A DNA stretch of 64,000 nucleotides from an uncultured Candidatus Saccharibacteria bacterium (GTDB lineage: Bacteria; Patescibacteriota; Saccharimonadia; Saccharimonadales; AWTP1-31): the NCBI GenBank assembly GCA_937903325.1, contig CALCZR010000059.1, positions 151,547 through 215,546 on the forward strand. Direction: 5' to 3'. Positions 23,832-34,476 of this stretch are shown here, piece after piece. Below the pieces are notes generated by a model that did not search any database, was not told where the DNA came from, and saw nothing but the letters and a program-made list of their open reading frames with translations. Position 1 is the first letter of the stretch. Each line of letters begins with the position of its first letter. The translations under genes and the position numbers were made by a program.

Positions 23832-25272
23832 ATTGACGAACGTACTTAAGAGCCCAAGGTTGCTTACCGCAGCCATCGTTTTGTTTGCGCTGCAAGGAAT
23901 TTTCTTTTCCTTTGCGATACCGTATAAATCCCCGTCGGACGAAGAGTTTCATTTTAGGCTGACCCAGTACTATGCCCAGCGCTCTGTGCTAGCTGGTCCA
24001 GTTATTACTGAACAAACAGACAACTTTGACTTAGGGGATATTCAGCGCCCACCAGGGTATCTGTATCATTATCTGTCGAGCTTCTTGCTCAAAGTTATAC
24101 AGCCCTTTATCCGTGGTGTAGATGGGCAGGTTATTGCACTTCGCCTTGTAAATGTTGGGCTCGGGGTACTGACGATCATCCTAGCAGTTCGACTGCTTAG
24201 ACGCCTTGGTGCACGGGGTGTAACAATTAATTTAGTTGTAGCCTGGCTGGCTATTACGACCATGTTTGTCTGGCTATTTGCAGCTCTCAACTACGACAAC
24301 TTGGCTATTGTCCTGTTCTTTGTAATGCTGCATACGCTCCTCAGTCTGTACCAGAAGGTGCATATTACTCCACTGCTACTGTCGTTGATCATTAGCTTTG
24401 CTCTAATGCTAACCAAGGAAACATTCCTACCAGTTATCTTCATCTGCTATGTGCTGGTACTCATTGGACTGATCCGCAAATCTTCTCTGAATAGTCTCTG
24501 GAAGTCACTGTGCAAGTCGGTGACTGCCTCCTGGAAGGATGCAAGCCAGAAAAAGATACTTCTGCTACTGACAGTGTTTGTAGTGCTTGCTGCTGGCATG
24601 TTCTTCGAGCGATATGGTCAGAATTACCTCCGTTACCAAAAGACTACTCCGGCCTGCTCCCAGGTGCACAGCGAAGATGAGTGTATGCAGAATAGTATTT
24701 ACCGCCGCAACAAAGGACAGCGCCAAGAGTATGTGGTGTATCGCCAGAATGGCGGTAAACCAAGTATGAATATTGGGCAGTTCACTGTTAAGTGGTGGCG
24801 ACTCATCTATGAGCGCACCTACTTCTTTAGGGGGATGGCCACCACTAACCCAACCTGGCAGGCCCGGATTGTTGCCGAGGTTACTGCGCCGGTACTGCTT
24901 GTAATCGCCGGAATTGGTATGCGCAAGCGTCGATACAGCCCCCCAGAGAAAGCACTGGCCATCGTGACGGTAAGCTACGTTATATTGGTATTCCTCTATA
25001 ACCTTAATACCTATTTGTATTACGGATATCCATTTGCGATTCAGGGTCGCTACCTATTACCTGTGTTGCCACTCTTCTATTACTTTGTCGTCAGCGCCAT
25101 GCTGACAACATACCAAAAATCCTCGCTCAGTTACCGCAGAGCCATACTATCAGTACTGACCGTACTTGTGATCGCAAACTTACTGTTCCATCTCCCGCTC
25201 ATGATCTACCGCCAAAAAGGGGATCTTCTCCGACGACCCGAAGCTGGTATTACTCAGTCGTCGATTGGCTGA
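23824..25272 (+). CDS. GT-C/DUF2142-like membrane glycosyltransferase
   Basis: PSDEEFH, QRPPGYLY, NYDNL, QGRYLLP; many TMs. Confidence 0.72.
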   Translation: MRKLTNVLKSPRLLTAAIVLFALQGIFFSFAIPYKSPSDEEFHFRLTQYYAQRSVLAGPVITEQTDNFDLGDIQRPPGYLYHYLSSFLLKVIQPFIRGVDGQVIALRLVNVGLGVLTIILAVRLLRRLGARGVTINLVVAWLAITTMFVWLFAALNYDNLAIVLFFVMLHTLLSLYQKVHITPLLLSLIISFALMLTKETFLPVIFICYVLVLIGLIRKSSLNSLWKSLCKSVTASWKDASQKKILLLLTVFVVLAAGMFFERYGQNYLRYQKTTPACSQVHSEDECMQNSIYRRNKGQRQEYVVYRQNGGKPSMNIGQFTVKWWRLIYERTYFFRGMATTNPTWQARIVAEVTAPVLLVIAGIGMRKRRYSPPEKALAIVTVSYVILVFLYNLNTYLYYGYPFAIQGRYLLPVLPLFYYFVVSAMLTTYQKSSLSYRRAILSVLTVLVIANLLFHLPLMIYRQKGDLLRRPEAGITQSSIG

Positions 25273-26362
25273 GTTCGTTTACTGCAGAGACAATAGCATC
25301 TCTAAAGTGCTGGACTGAAAAAACTTCAGCTCGTTTCTGGATATCGCGTGCCGTGTACGCAGAAGCATCAAAGGTTTTTAAGGCCTGTTCAAGTGAAGCT
25401 GCGTTTTGCTCGGTAAAGAACCGACCGGTCTCTTTGGTAACGTAGTCGAGGGCGCCACCGGCCTTATATGCCAATAGAGGTGTGCCAGCGGCCATTGCCT
25501 CCACCGGCGCAATACCAAAGTCTTCAAAAGAAGCAAACAGAAAGGCTTCGGCACTTGCCAGCTGTTCGGGCATTTGTTCGTCGCTAACATTGGTAAGGAA
25601 TTGCACGCTTGGGCCCGCTAACTTCTGCAGGTTTGCCAGTTGAGGCCCGCGGCCAATAACTCTCAGAGGCACATTTAGCTTTGTGCAAGCCTCCACGATA
25701 ACATCCGTATGCTTAATGGTGGCCAAGCGCCCCATAGTTACGAATCCCTTGCGCTGCTGCGCTGACCTGCCTGCTGCTATGAAACGATCGGTGTTAACCG
25801 GCGGGGCAATGATATCTGAAGCTTGGTTGTAGTATTGCTGTATATCTTTCTGGATATGACTTGAAATGGCAATGTACTTGTCAGGATTTTGGGCTGCCTG
25901 GTAGTCTTTTTTGCGTAGCGGTGTAACAAGTAACTGGAGGCCAAGACGTGCAAGCCAGTTGAGCGGTCCGAGCCCAGGATTCTGGATATATGTCTGGTAG
26001 TGTCGCCAGTAGTAATGGGTAGGGGTGAAACAGTAGCACAAATGCTTAGTATTCCCCTGGGTGCGAATATGCTTTGCTTCACCATTACCGGTGCAGCTCA
26101 CAACAACATCGTAGGCGCTGAGGTCTAGGCTGCGGTACCAACGGATGCGCAGTACGCCAACGAACTTACGAAGCGTACCAAACGGCCAACGCTGCAGATA
26201 GCCAGTTACAACTTTGTTATCGAGTCGCTTCCGCCATTCGTCGGTGCAGTAGGATGCGTATATAGGGGCGTCGGGATATAGCTTATGTAGTTCTTCTACG
26301 ACTCGCTCGGCGCCTCCACCAATAATCCAGTCGGCAACAATGGCTACACGAGGCGACTTCAT
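25250..26362 (-). CDS. GT4 glycosyltransferase (mannosyltransferase-like)
   Basis: GGAERV, EDFGIAPVEAMAAG. Confidence 0.9.
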   Translation of the reverse strand: MKSPRVAIVADWIIGGGAERVVEELHKLYPDAPIYASYCTDEWRKRLDNKVVTGYLQRWPFGTLRKFVGVLRIRWYRSLDLSAYDVVVSCTGNGEAKHIRTQGNTKHLCYCFTPTHYYWRHYQTYIQNPGLGPLNWLARLGLQLLVTPLRKKDYQAAQNPDKYIAISSHIQKDIQQYYNQASDIIAPPVNTDRFIAAGRSAQQRKGFVTMGRLATIKHTDVIVEACTKLNVPLRVIGRGPQLANLQKLAGPSVQFLTNVSDEQMPEQLASAEAFLFASFEDFGIAPVEAMAAGTPLLAYKAGGALDYVTKETGRFFTEQNAASLEQALKTFDASAYTARDIQKRAEVFSVQHFRDAIVSAVNELSQSTTE

Positions 26363-26363
26363 A

Positions 26364-27803
26364 CTAGGTATCGGTGCCCTTTAGGACGACCTTTACGGTT
26401 TTAATCAGGATCATAATGTCGAGCCAGAAGCTCCAATTCTGTACATAGTAGGTGTCGATTTTGCGTCGTTCTTCGAAGTCAATGTCATCCCGTCCTGATA
26501 CAGCAGCTAATCCGGTAAGACCAGATTTCACACTCAGGATGGTGTGTTTCTTTTCGTAGGTATTAAGTTCTTCTGGGATGAGGGCGCGTGGACCGACGAG
26601 GCTAATGTCACCCTTAAAGACATTGAATAGCTGCGGTAATTCATCTAGGCTGTACTTTCGTAGGAAGCGCCCCAAGGGAGTTATTCGGAAGTCGTCCCGA
26701 ACGTTTTTAAACTGGTTGCCGTTCTTAATGTACTCACCCAGTAGTTCTGGTTTGCCAACCATAGTAAAGACCTCTTCGTAGGACTTGCCGTCGAACTTGG
26801 CATAGTGCGAACGGAACTTGTAGACATCGAAGACGTTATTAAAGCGAGTGAGACGTTTTTGCTGAACCCCACGCATGAACACCGGTCCTTTAGGATCAGT
26901 CGCCTTGACGAGTATAGCGACTAGTAGCATTACTGGGCTGAGTACGACGAGCATGACGCTTGATACGACAATATCAAACAGGCGCTTGGCAATACGGCCC
27001 CATCCCACTAACGGGGTTTGGTGTACGGCGATCATAGGAATACCACCACCGAACAGCTCAACTTCTATATTCCCAAAAAACAGGTCGTTGTTACCCGGTA
27101 CGAAACGGTAGGCAGCGTGGTTAACTTGGGCAAAACGGAGCACCGTGTCATTCTTTTCCTGATCTTTGTATAGCTCAGTCTGGATAATGCTGTGTATAGG
27201 TCGAGAAATGTGTTCTATGGCTTCTGAAAAGTTATCAAAGTGTGGAAGCTTACCAATTTTGTCACCCACAATACCCAGTACGTGTTGACCGGTTGAGCGG
27301 GTATCAGAAATGGCCTCAGCAATTTCAACAGAACGGTCAGTACTACCTACAATCAGTACGTTACTTACCCCAACGCCGTAGCCGTACAGTAAGCGGCGGG
27401 TAAGTCGGGCTGAGGCACGAAACAGTACGAGGAATCCAAAACTGAGCGCCAGCCCATAGACTGGAACAAGCCGAGCTGGGAACAGTTTTCCGTCAGTGAG
27501 AAAGTCATAGCCGATAACTACCAGGATGCCCAATAGCGACCCAACAAGTAGGCGCCCTAACTCTACGAAGCGTTTTTCATATACCTTTTGGCTGTATAAG
27601 CCAATAAAGCCGTGTGCAATAATCCAGAAAGGCAGAACACTAAAGAGGGCAGTGAAGTAATTGCGAGCTGTTATCTGCTCTACGAGCGGTCTGGTATCGA
27701 GTTTGACACGTAGGATATACGCTAAGCTGAATGCAGCCAATAAGATGAGGAAGTCACCGATAATAAGAAGGACGGCGTAACCCACGGCGGCATTATTTTT
27801 CAT
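26364..27803 (-). CDS. Priming polyprenyl-phosphate sugar phosphotransferase (WcaJ/WbaP family)
   Basis: [43 protein letters not shown]. Confidence 0.93.
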   Translation of the reverse strand: MKNNAAVGYAVLLIIGDFLILLAAFSLAYILRVKLDTRPLVEQITARNYFTALFSVLPFWIIAHGFIGLYSQKVYEKRFVELGRLLVGSLLGILVVIGYDFLTDGKLFPARLVPVYGLALSFGFLVLFRASARLTRRLLYGYGVGVSNVLIVGSTDRSVEIAEAISDTRSTGQHVLGIVGDKIGKLPHFDNFSEAIEHISRPIHSIIQTELYKDQEKNDTVLRFAQVNHAAYRFVPGNNDLFFGNIEVELFGGGIPMIAVHQTPLVGWGRIAKRLFDIVVSSVMLVVLSPVMLLVAILVKATDPKGPVFMRGVQQKRLTRFNNVFDVYKFRSHYAKFDGKSYEEVFTMVGKPELLGEYIKNGNQFKNVRDDFRITPLGRFLRKYSLDELPQLFNVFKGDISLVGPRALIPEELNTYEKKHTILSVKSGLTGLAAVSGRDDIDFEERRKIDTYYVQNWSFWLDIMILIKTVKVVLKGTDT

Positions 27804-27820
27804 GCTTATATAGTACCGGC

Positions 27821-29110
27821 TCAGGCGTTAGGAGTCGAGGGCCCTCTACTGCTAGAAACTCGTGGTGGCTTAGCGGGGGCAACAAAGCCTACGAGAAACC
27901 CAAATAGAATAACCAGCGGATAGGTCGAGAATACGGGGATGACCAGCCCCATAACTATAAGGCCAATAAAACTGCAGAAGACGGCATAGGCAAGGGGATG
28001 GCTACTGGTATAGAGCAGATAACCCATGACTCCAATGAGACATAGGAATAAGGCCAGGCCGACTATACCGTACTGCACCCCAATATTTAAGAAGGTGCTC
28101 TCAGTTTCAATAACGTTCGGTTGCTTAAAGATACCACCAATAGCACCAGCGGTGCCCGGGCCAGAACCGCCGGGTTGTTCAAGGATGGTTCGCACGCCAG
28201 AAGTCTTGGCGTTAAAGTGGGCCGCGGTAGAATTACTATCGGTACTTTTATGCAGTAAGAATTGATTACGGAAGCCAGGAACACTAATAAGGAGCAGTGA
28301 TCCAAGCAGAATAGTGACGAGTCCGGCAATACGGAGCTTGCTAGATAACTGCTTCCATAGAGGAATAATAACGAGACCGAGTGCGACAGCACTACCAATC
28401 CAGGCGCTTCGTGAGAAGGTCAGGAACTCAAGGAGACCCAGTGCAATACAGAGCCCAATCTGCCACTTCGAGCGCTTGCCCTTTTGTACAATCAGGCTGT
28501 ACAGAATAATGGTTAGTGCCGGGATCAAAAGAGCGCCAAGCTCGTTAGGGTTGCGGGCAAAGCCCCGGGAACGGATCAGTCCTTCCGTACCAGCAGTGAG
28601 CAGAGAAGCCTGACTGCCGCACTGCCCAAAGCCAACGGCCCGATCAAGATTGTCTTGTAGGCCGACAAAATATAGCCCCAGCGATACAACGGCCAACCCA
28701 CCGAACACAAGACACATTTTCAGGACCCAGCTATTTTTAGGTGTTCTCCCTGCAAAGGTTCGGGTAATAAGAAATACCCAGAACAGACCTGCGTCGAGGG
28801 TGAGGGCGGCGAGCATCTGCGTTAGTGCTACGCGGTGCACGATGCCACTTCCTAGTATCCAGAGACTAAAGAGCCCAACTAGCACACCAACATAGCCAAT
28901 ACGTCGTAGCGACGCAAATTTACCGAGAGATACCGTGGCAGTGGCTAGCAGCACTGTTAAGACGACGATGTCGGCAATACGACCAGCGGAGCTACAATCG
29001 CTTGCCCTCAGCAGTACGCTTGAAGTGAGCCCATGTACTAGTAGGCCTACAATTGAAACAACAGATGCGACGCGAAAGAATTTACCAGGTAGGACCGGTT
29101 TTTTGCTCAT
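27821..29110 (-). CDS. O-antigen ligase/polymerase-like membrane protein
   Basis: RSRGFARNPN, TFSRSAWIG, G-G-G loop, E-S-T-FL then GIVG. Confidence 0.75.
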   Translation of the reverse strand: MSKKPVLPGKFFRVASVVSIVGLLVHGLTSSVLLRASDCSSAGRIADIVVLTVLLATATVSLGKFASLRRIGYVGVLVGLFSLWILGSGIVHRVALTQMLAALTLDAGLFWVFLITRTFAGRTPKNSWVLKMCLVFGGLAVVSLGLYFVGLQDNLDRAVGFGQCGSQASLLTAGTEGLIRSRGFARNPNELGALLIPALTIILYSLIVQKGKRSKWQIGLCIALGLLEFLTFSRSAWIGSAVALGLVIIPLWKQLSSKLRIAGLVTILLGSLLLISVPGFRNQFLLHKSTDSNSTAAHFNAKTSGVRTILEQPGGSGPGTAGAIGGIFKQPNVIETESTFLNIGVQYGIVGLALFLCLIGVMGYLLYTSSHPLAYAVFCSFIGLIVMGLVIPVFSTYPLVILFGFLVGFVAPAKPPRVSSSRGPSTPNA

Positions 29111-30824
29111 AATCGGTCCCTAGTATGATTATGTAGTCAGGCAAAGGTTTAGTGCTAGTAGTGCCCTCGGCGGGCTTAGTGGTAGCGATCTTACTTTCAC
29201 TTGGGATGACAGTAGTTGGTAGTGTAGTGCTAATAACGGTACCAAGGCGCACGGTTAGGAAGCGCTCGGTGAATGGTTTTTTAGCATCTTTGTTAACTTT
29301 CACAATTAAGGTCTTAGTCTGTGACTCTTTGCTCGTTTCTTTCTCAAGTACCTTGTAGCCGTAGCCAGAAAGTACGTCACCGACTAGCGTGGCAACGCCC
29401 GCTTGGTTGGAACCGTTGTATACTGCGACGCTAGGTGATTCTTGCTTCAGATAAGGGTCCATCATATTAGTACGAGCATAGGCGCGAATCTTAGTGTAGT
29501 CCTGTAGTCCTGCCAGTGGCTTTACGATGGATTGGCCATTAGCCATTCCGGTTGTAACGAGGGGCGCTTTTGGATCGTCGAGATCGAGTGACTTAATAGC
29601 GCTTTCTGGCATGGTCTTCAGTTTTTCAAAGACAGTCTTTGCCTCATCGACACTCAGATCAGTACGGATATTCTTCTGCACAGCGTTGGCCAGGCTGTTT
29701 AAGCGAATAGGGTTGGCTACGATACCGGTACTGGTGGCTTTCTGGCGCATGCCAATCAGGAGGCGACGTTGGTTCTCGGTACGGTCAAAGTCACCACGGT
29801 CGCTGCCATGGCGCGTGCGGGCATACTGCAGCGCCTTATCGCCATTCATGGTTTGTTGACCTGCTTTGAAAGCCCAACCGGTGTAGCCGTCATATATAGA
29901 CTCAGGGACGTTGATATCTACGCCACCAAGGGCATTGACGACATCTCGGAAGGCTTTGTAATCGGTGAGTACGTACTTGTGGATTGGTACGCCAGCAATG
30001 TCTCGAATGGCTGAAATAGATGCCTTAATACCTTCGTCCTCTGCTTGGTCATTGGTCTTGCCGTTGTAGAGGGCCCTTGACTTAGCTCGGCTAAAGATGC
30101 CATTAACTTTGCTGTTGTCGCTGAGATCATCAACAAATGTGTCGCGGGGAATACTTAATAGAGATGCAGATTGATTCTTGAGGTCAATGCTGGCGATGAG
30201 GAGTGTATCGGTAAGATCTGGGGCGTCGTTTTCATTGCCGCCACGGCCAAGAATGAGAACGTTGAGGCGGCCGTCTCCTTCGGTATTAAGGTCTTCGGGA
30301 TTTACTTCACCGTTTAGCGCGGCAGAACTGCTGTTGCCAATGCCACGACCAAAGACGGAGTTCAAGAAACCATACAAACGGTAGCCGAGTAGGCCTCCGA
30401 GAATAAGTACAATGATAAAGCCAATAAAAGTAACCTTGAACCGGCGGGAACGGTTGCCCCACCAAGTTCGGAGCTTGCCTTTCTTCTTCTTGTCCTGGGC
30501 ATCTTTATTTCGCTTGCGCTCTCGTCGAGACAGCTTCTTCGGTTCTGAAGCGGCAAGGTCTTTTTTAGGATCAGTCTTAAAAATGTCAGTTTCCTCTTGG
30601 TCAAAGTTAGCAATGCGGGGGATTGGCTCATCGGTCTTCTCGCGGCCAATAAGTTCGGGGTCTATATCTCGCCGGCGACTGGCCAGAGACTGCCTCGGGG
30701 TACGTCCCAAACCACCTGCATGGTGGAGTTGTTCCGGCGTGGTCATAGGCCGTGGCCGCTGCGGAACGAAGCCATCCAGTGAGGTTTTTGGTGTTTGTTT
30801 TCTAAAGCGATTTTCTTCGCGCAT
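29082..30824 (-). CDS. LCP (LytR-CpsA-Psr) glycopolymer transferase with LytR_C domain
   Basis: LTDT, SIPRDT, LGGVDI, ALQYARTR, DFDRTENQR; C-terminal VYNGS...GVA...IILGTD. Start at 30824. Confidence 0.9.
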   Translation of the reverse strand: MREENRFRKQTPKTSLDGFVPQRPRPMTTPEQLHHAGGLGRTPRQSLASRRRDIDPELIGREKTDEPIPRIANFDQEETDIFKTDPKKDLAASEPKKLSRRERKRNKDAQDKKKKGKLRTWWGNRSRRFKVTFIGFIIVLILGGLLGYRLYGFLNSVFGRGIGNSSSAALNGEVNPEDLNTEGDGRLNVLILGRGGNENDAPDLTDTLLIASIDLKNQSASLLSIPRDTFVDDLSDNSKVNGIFSRAKSRALYNGKTNDQAEDEGIKASISAIRDIAGVPIHKYVLTDYKAFRDVVNALGGVDINVPESIYDGYTGWAFKAGQQTMNGDKALQYARTRHGSDRGDFDRTENQRRLLIGMRQKATSTGIVANPIRLNSLANAVQKNIRTDLSVDEAKTVFEKLKTMPESAIKSLDLDDPKAPLVTTGMANGQSIVKPLAGLQDYTKIRAYARTNMMDPYLKQESPSVAVYNGSNQAGVATLVGDVLSGYGYKVLEKETSKESQTKTLIVKVNKDAKKPFTERFLTVRLGTVISTTLPTTVIPSESKIATTKPAEGTTSTKPLPDYIIILGTDYEQKTGPTW

Positions 30825-30977
30825 GTGGGGTAAATTATAGCACAAGAACTACCTTACACGTACCATATTTGTACCCCAAATCATTTGCCGCGCAGGTGCA
30901 CCAACAGATGATTACATCTAGCTTACCTTGGTTAACCTTATGATATACTGAAGAAAAGCTAAAAACAGACAGTCAAA

Positions 30978-31424
30978 ATGAAAAGAAAAAAACTAACTAA
31001 AAAGCGCCAACGACAACTAATGCAGCTCGCTGAGTATCTCGTTAGCGGCGGCGCCTTTTTCTGGACTGGCTACCTGGTATTCTTTATTGCCGACAAGGGT
31101 CTTGGCCTAGATCTGTGGTGGGCGAAGCTCATTGCCAATATTAGTGGTTGGGTTGTGAACTACCTACTGCAGCGCTACTGGGTCTTTAATAGTAAGCAAC
31201 TCGGCAAACACCAAACAGAAGTTACCGAACGCTACATCTTTATTACGGCCGTTAACTTCTTGCTGGACTTTATAATCGTGAGCACACTCAAGACTGCAGG
31301 TATTACGCCGTATCTTGGCCAGTTTGCCTCAGCCGGCTTCTTTACGGTCTGGAATTATGTATGGTACCGCTTCTGGGTATTTCCCGAGCACAGTCACCGA
31401 CACAAAAGGCACGCAACGGTATAG
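30978..31424 (+). CDS. GtrA-family protein
   Basis: Four TMs, NYLLQRYWVF, WNYVWYRFWVF. Confidence 0.82.
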   Translation: MKRKKLTKKRQRQLMQLAEYLVSGGAFFWTGYLVFFIADKGLGLDLWWAKLIANISGWVVNYLLQRYWVFNSKQLGKHQTEVTERYIFITAVNFLLDFIIVSTLKTAGITPYLGQFASAGFFTVWNYVWYRFWVFPEHSHRHKRHATV

Positions 31425-31426
31425 CT

Positions 31427-31912
31427 ATGGCACAAGATAACTCAACTGCTGAAAAGTCTATCCGGCCAACCAAAAAGCAACGAGAAATACTTACCTATAT
31501 AGAAACCTTTATTGCTGAGCACGGGTACAGCCCCAGTTACCGGGAGATTATGAAGGGCCTCAACTACACATCGGTAGCCACGGTGTCATTACACGTAAAT
31601 AGCCTTATTACCCGAGGGCATCTCCGCAAACGCGACCATTCGGCTCGGTCTATTGAAGTAGTGCAGCCTTCTGAGGCTCCCAAAGTCACCAGTAACCAAG
31701 TAACAGCGAGCCAAGAGAAGTGGTTAGTTAAGCAGATTGAACAGCGCTTTAGTGAACTTGAGAACCTGCCACGTCCAAAGTCAGACGATATAGACGCCCT
31801 GTACGTGCTGGTCGGAGCACTCAAAATCCTGGGGCTGGATGGTGCAGCCCATTCCTTTATCCCGCGCCTGGGTCCACTGAAAGATAAAACGGTTAACCCG
31901 GCCGATAAGTAG
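31427..31912 (+). CDS. LexA-type DNA-binding-domain protein lacking the S24 peptidase domain
   Basis: TKKQREIL...GYSPSYREI...SVATVSLHVNSL...RSIEV winged HTH; the C-terminal part is unrelated to S24. Confidence 0.85.
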   Translation: MAQDNSTAEKSIRPTKKQREILTYIETFIAEHGYSPSYREIMKGLNYTSVATVSLHVNSLITRGHLRKRDHSARSIEVVQPSEAPKVTSNQVTASQEKWLVKQIEQRFSELENLPRPKSDDIDALYVLVGALKILGLDGAAHSFIPRLGPLKDKTVNPADK

Positions 31913-31926
31913 GTATACTAGTAGTA

Positions 31927-32733
31927 ATGGTTATATTACAGGCAATTATTCTAGGTATTATCGAGGGGCTCACTGAGTTCCTGCCTATCTCTAGTACCGG
32001 TCACCTGATCGTGACTGAGAAGGCCATGGGTTACTATGACGCCGCAGAGCTGTTTACGGTAGTGATTCAGCTCGGCGCTATTGCTGCCGTTATCTGGCAC
32101 TTCCGCAAGGATCTCATTGCTAAGTTCGCCGGCCTTATTAAGCGGGACAAGAAGACCATCAAGTTCTGGCAGCGCTGGATTATTGCCACTATTCCTGCTG
32201 GCATCATTGGCTTTTTGGCGAGCGACTCACTGAGCCGCTTTGCAACCCCTACAACCGTAGCTATTTCATTAATCATCGGCGGTATTGTCATCTGGCTTAT
32301 CGAATCATTCCACCAACCAAAACCGTCAAAGGAACAACCCCAGTTTGACCAGTTGACGCTCAAACAGGCCGTACAAGTCGGCTGCTATCAAATACTTGCT
32401 CTTATTCCGGGAGTGTCTCGTTCCGGTGCAACTATCATGGGCGGACTAGTAGCTGGGCTGGACAGGGTGACGGCCACAGCCTTTTCGTTCTATCTCAGCA
32501 TTCCTATTCTTGTATTAGCTGGGGGCTACAAGCTTGCTACGGATCACGACAAAATTGCACTAGTGTCAGGTGGGTCAACTGCATTGCTTGTGGGTACTGC
32601 AACCGCTTTTATATCAGCCCTGGCGGTAGTGAATTGGCTGCTGCACTATGTTGCCAAGAACGACTTTAAGGCTTTTGCAGCTTACCGAATTGCTTTCGGT
32701 GTTGCTATCCTGTTTACTGTCGCTCGTTGGTAA
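31927..32733 (+). CDS. uppP: Undecaprenyl-diphosphate phosphatase
   Basis: GIIEGLTEFLPISSTGH, PGVSRSGATI. Confidence 0.96.
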   Translation: MVILQAIILGIIEGLTEFLPISSTGHLIVTEKAMGYYDAAELFTVVIQLGAIAAVIWHFRKDLIAKFAGLIKRDKKTIKFWQRWIIATIPAGIIGFLASDSLSRFATPTTVAISLIIGGIVIWLIESFHQPKPSKEQPQFDQLTLKQAVQVGCYQILALIPGVSRSGATIMGGLVAGLDRVTATAFSFYLSIPILVLAGGYKLATDHDKIALVSGGSTALLVGTATAFISALAVVNWLLHYVAKNDFKAFAAYRIAFGVAILFTVARW

Positions 32734-32747
32734 GACTGACGAAAATA

Positions 32748-32763
32748 ATACTACATATAGCGT
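32748..32763. promoter_or_regulatory. NrdR-box-like palindrome upstream of an extended -10 promoter (TGcTACACT, 32774-32782)
   Basis: ataCTACATATAGcgt resembles the NrdR consensus acaCwAtATaTwGtgt. Confidence 0.45.
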
Positions 32764-32803
32764 TAGCAGCTTGTGCTACACTACTAGCACTTAACAAAAC
32801 AAA

Positions 32804-32912
32804 TGCTGGAATCCCGTGTAATTCGGGAACTGTGCCGCAACGGTAAGCTGCCTGACTCTACGGAGAAAGCAGACAAGTCCGATCTAGCAATTAAAGACTT
32901 CCGAGCAGGAGC
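32804..32912 (+). ncRNA. Cobalamin riboswitch (compact, class-II-like)
   Basis: GCTGG/CTAGC closing stem; GGAA-TCCC-GTGTAATTC-GGGA T-loop stem; CTGTGCCGCAACGGTAA...AAGTCCGA core; UACG-capped extension; downstream hairpin CTTCC-GAGCA-GGAG able to kiss TGCCG. Confidence 0.78.
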
Positions 32913-32927
32913 AGAGCTAGTTTAATG

Positions 32928-32962
32928 GCCCTTGTTTCAATCCGGAACGAGGGTATTTTTTT
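32928..32962 (+). terminator. Intrinsic terminator (riboswitch expression platform)
   Basis: GCCCTTGTTTC-AATCC-GGAACGAGGGT stem followed by ATTTTTTT. Confidence 0.78.
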
Positions 32963-32969
32963 GAGTAAC

Positions 32970-34475
32970 ATGGTGCTAGGGGTAGAGTACAGTCCAGTGA
33001 GTCCTGAATTCCAGGCGGCTCAGTTTATGCCAGACCTCATGGAAGACCGGGAGATAGCACGAATTGAGGCCAGAGCTATTCTCGAACACAATAGGCAGCT
33101 GCTGCGTGACGGTGAGTTCGATGCCGTACCTATCCCGGTAGACCCCCTCAGCACCGCAGACCTTGTTATAGAGGCTCGAGAGAAGTACGGGAAAGGTAGT
33201 ATAGAGCATAAAACCGCAGAGCAGGCTCTTGAACTAGACTGCCACCGGCTGCTACTTGAAGCAGTTCGGGCTAAAACATGGGAGTATTTCCCTAAGAGTC
33301 AGCAAGAGTACGATCCTGGTACAGGTTATTACTACTCGCATGGCTATGCCATAGCGACCATAGTAGATAATGGCTTGTCACCGGTATCTGAGGCTGAGGA
33401 AGTGGATAGGCGCCTTAATGAGGCAGTTGAGGAGAGGACGTACATGTCCATTGGTCGGCGTTTGCTCGGTAACACCGTTGAAGTCAATCCGGTACCCGAG
33501 ATTGTTAATGTGGCCACTATCTCGCCTTGTACCAACTGGGCACTGCAGCGCTATAAGGACGGCAAGACAGATGGTTTTGGCGGGTATGTGCCCTCTAAAG
33601 ATAGGCGTATGATTCGCAACGTACGTTTTGATTCCACGCTTGGGTACCGTGAGGAAGACCAAATCGGAGCATCGGGAGATTACTGGGATGATGATGTAAT
33701 CTCCGACAGCCTACATATTCTAGACAGTCGTCTGGAAGGTGTAGACATGGATCGCACGTATGTACATGGTACGCAAATGGTTACCAACCGTGAGATTGGG
33801 GTTTGGGACTATGCTGAGCTGTTCGATATCTTGGCCTCTAAAAAACACGGCGTAACTATTTTTATGGGTGAGCTTGTGGAAGATGGCCACCCACGTGACT
33901 ATGAAGCAGCTAAGCTTGAGGCGGCACGACGCCAAGCAGAAACATTGGCTGCATCTCAGTCACTGGCAGGCGACATTTTGGTACTGGCCGAAAGTGGCAT
34001 CGACCACTGGGCGGCTAATGCCTTCGTGGAAGAGCTGGTTAAAAAAGAAATGCTCACTATTTGTGAGGCGGAGCCTGAGAAGGCGGCAGAGATGTTTGAT
34101 GAGGCCACGGTAGATGGACTCAAAGAAGTTCAGCGACTTATATCTATCGGAGATGACGTGGCCGCCCAACTACTACGCAAGCAGGTGGAATTTAACGCTC
34201 CTCGTCCAGAGTTTTGTGGTGCTGGATCATGTGGCCTCGAAAGTGTTGATCCTAACTCTGCAGAAGGTAAAGAACTGTACAAGAAAGTGGGTGCGGAAGA
34301 GGGAGATATTGTGCTTCGCGATGTAGTACGTGCGTGTGATGAATGTGGCAAGAAGGGTGGCGTTATTTACGCCTTTGTCAGGAGGAAAGAGGACACCCAA
34401 GGGAAGAGTAAGGTTAATAAGTACTGCCAGAACTGTGAAGCCTTTGAACACAAAATGACAAAGGATGGGAAATAA
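32970..34475 (+). CDS. Hypothetical acidic protein with C-terminal Cys motifs (putative Zn finger)
   Basis: Long ORF; CGAGSC, CDEC and CQNC near the C-terminus. Start placed after the terminator. Confidence 0.75.
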   Translation: MVLGVEYSPVSPEFQAAQFMPDLMEDREIARIEARAILEHNRQLLRDGEFDAVPIPVDPLSTADLVIEAREKYGKGSIEHKTAEQALELDCHRLLLEAVRAKTWEYFPKSQQEYDPGTGYYYSHGYAIATIVDNGLSPVSEAEEVDRRLNEAVEERTYMSIGRRLLGNTVEVNPVPEIVNVATISPCTNWALQRYKDGKTDGFGGYVPSKDRRMIRNVRFDSTLGYREEDQIGASGDYWDDDVISDSLHILDSRLEGVDMDRTYVHGTQMVTNREIGVWDYAELFDILASKKHGVTIFMGELVEDGHPRDYEAAKLEAARRQAETLAASQSLAGDILVLAESGIDHWAANAFVEELVKKEMLTICEAEPEKAAEMFDEATVDGLKEVQRLISIGDDVAAQLLRKQVEFNAPRPEFCGAGSCGLESVDPNSAEGKELYKKVGAEEGDIVLRDVVRACDECGKKGGVIYAFVRRKEDTQGKSKVNKYCQNCEAFEHKMTKDGK

Positions 34476-34476
34476 C

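Noticed and set aside
32925-32969. ORF-track start at 32925
   Set aside because: Those codons run through the terminator hairpin; ATG 32970 or later is more plausible.
32970-34475. Ribonucleotide reductase behind the B12/NrdR-like leader
   Set aside because: No NPCxE/NLCxE finger loop, ATP cone or glycyl-radical RxxGY motif seen.
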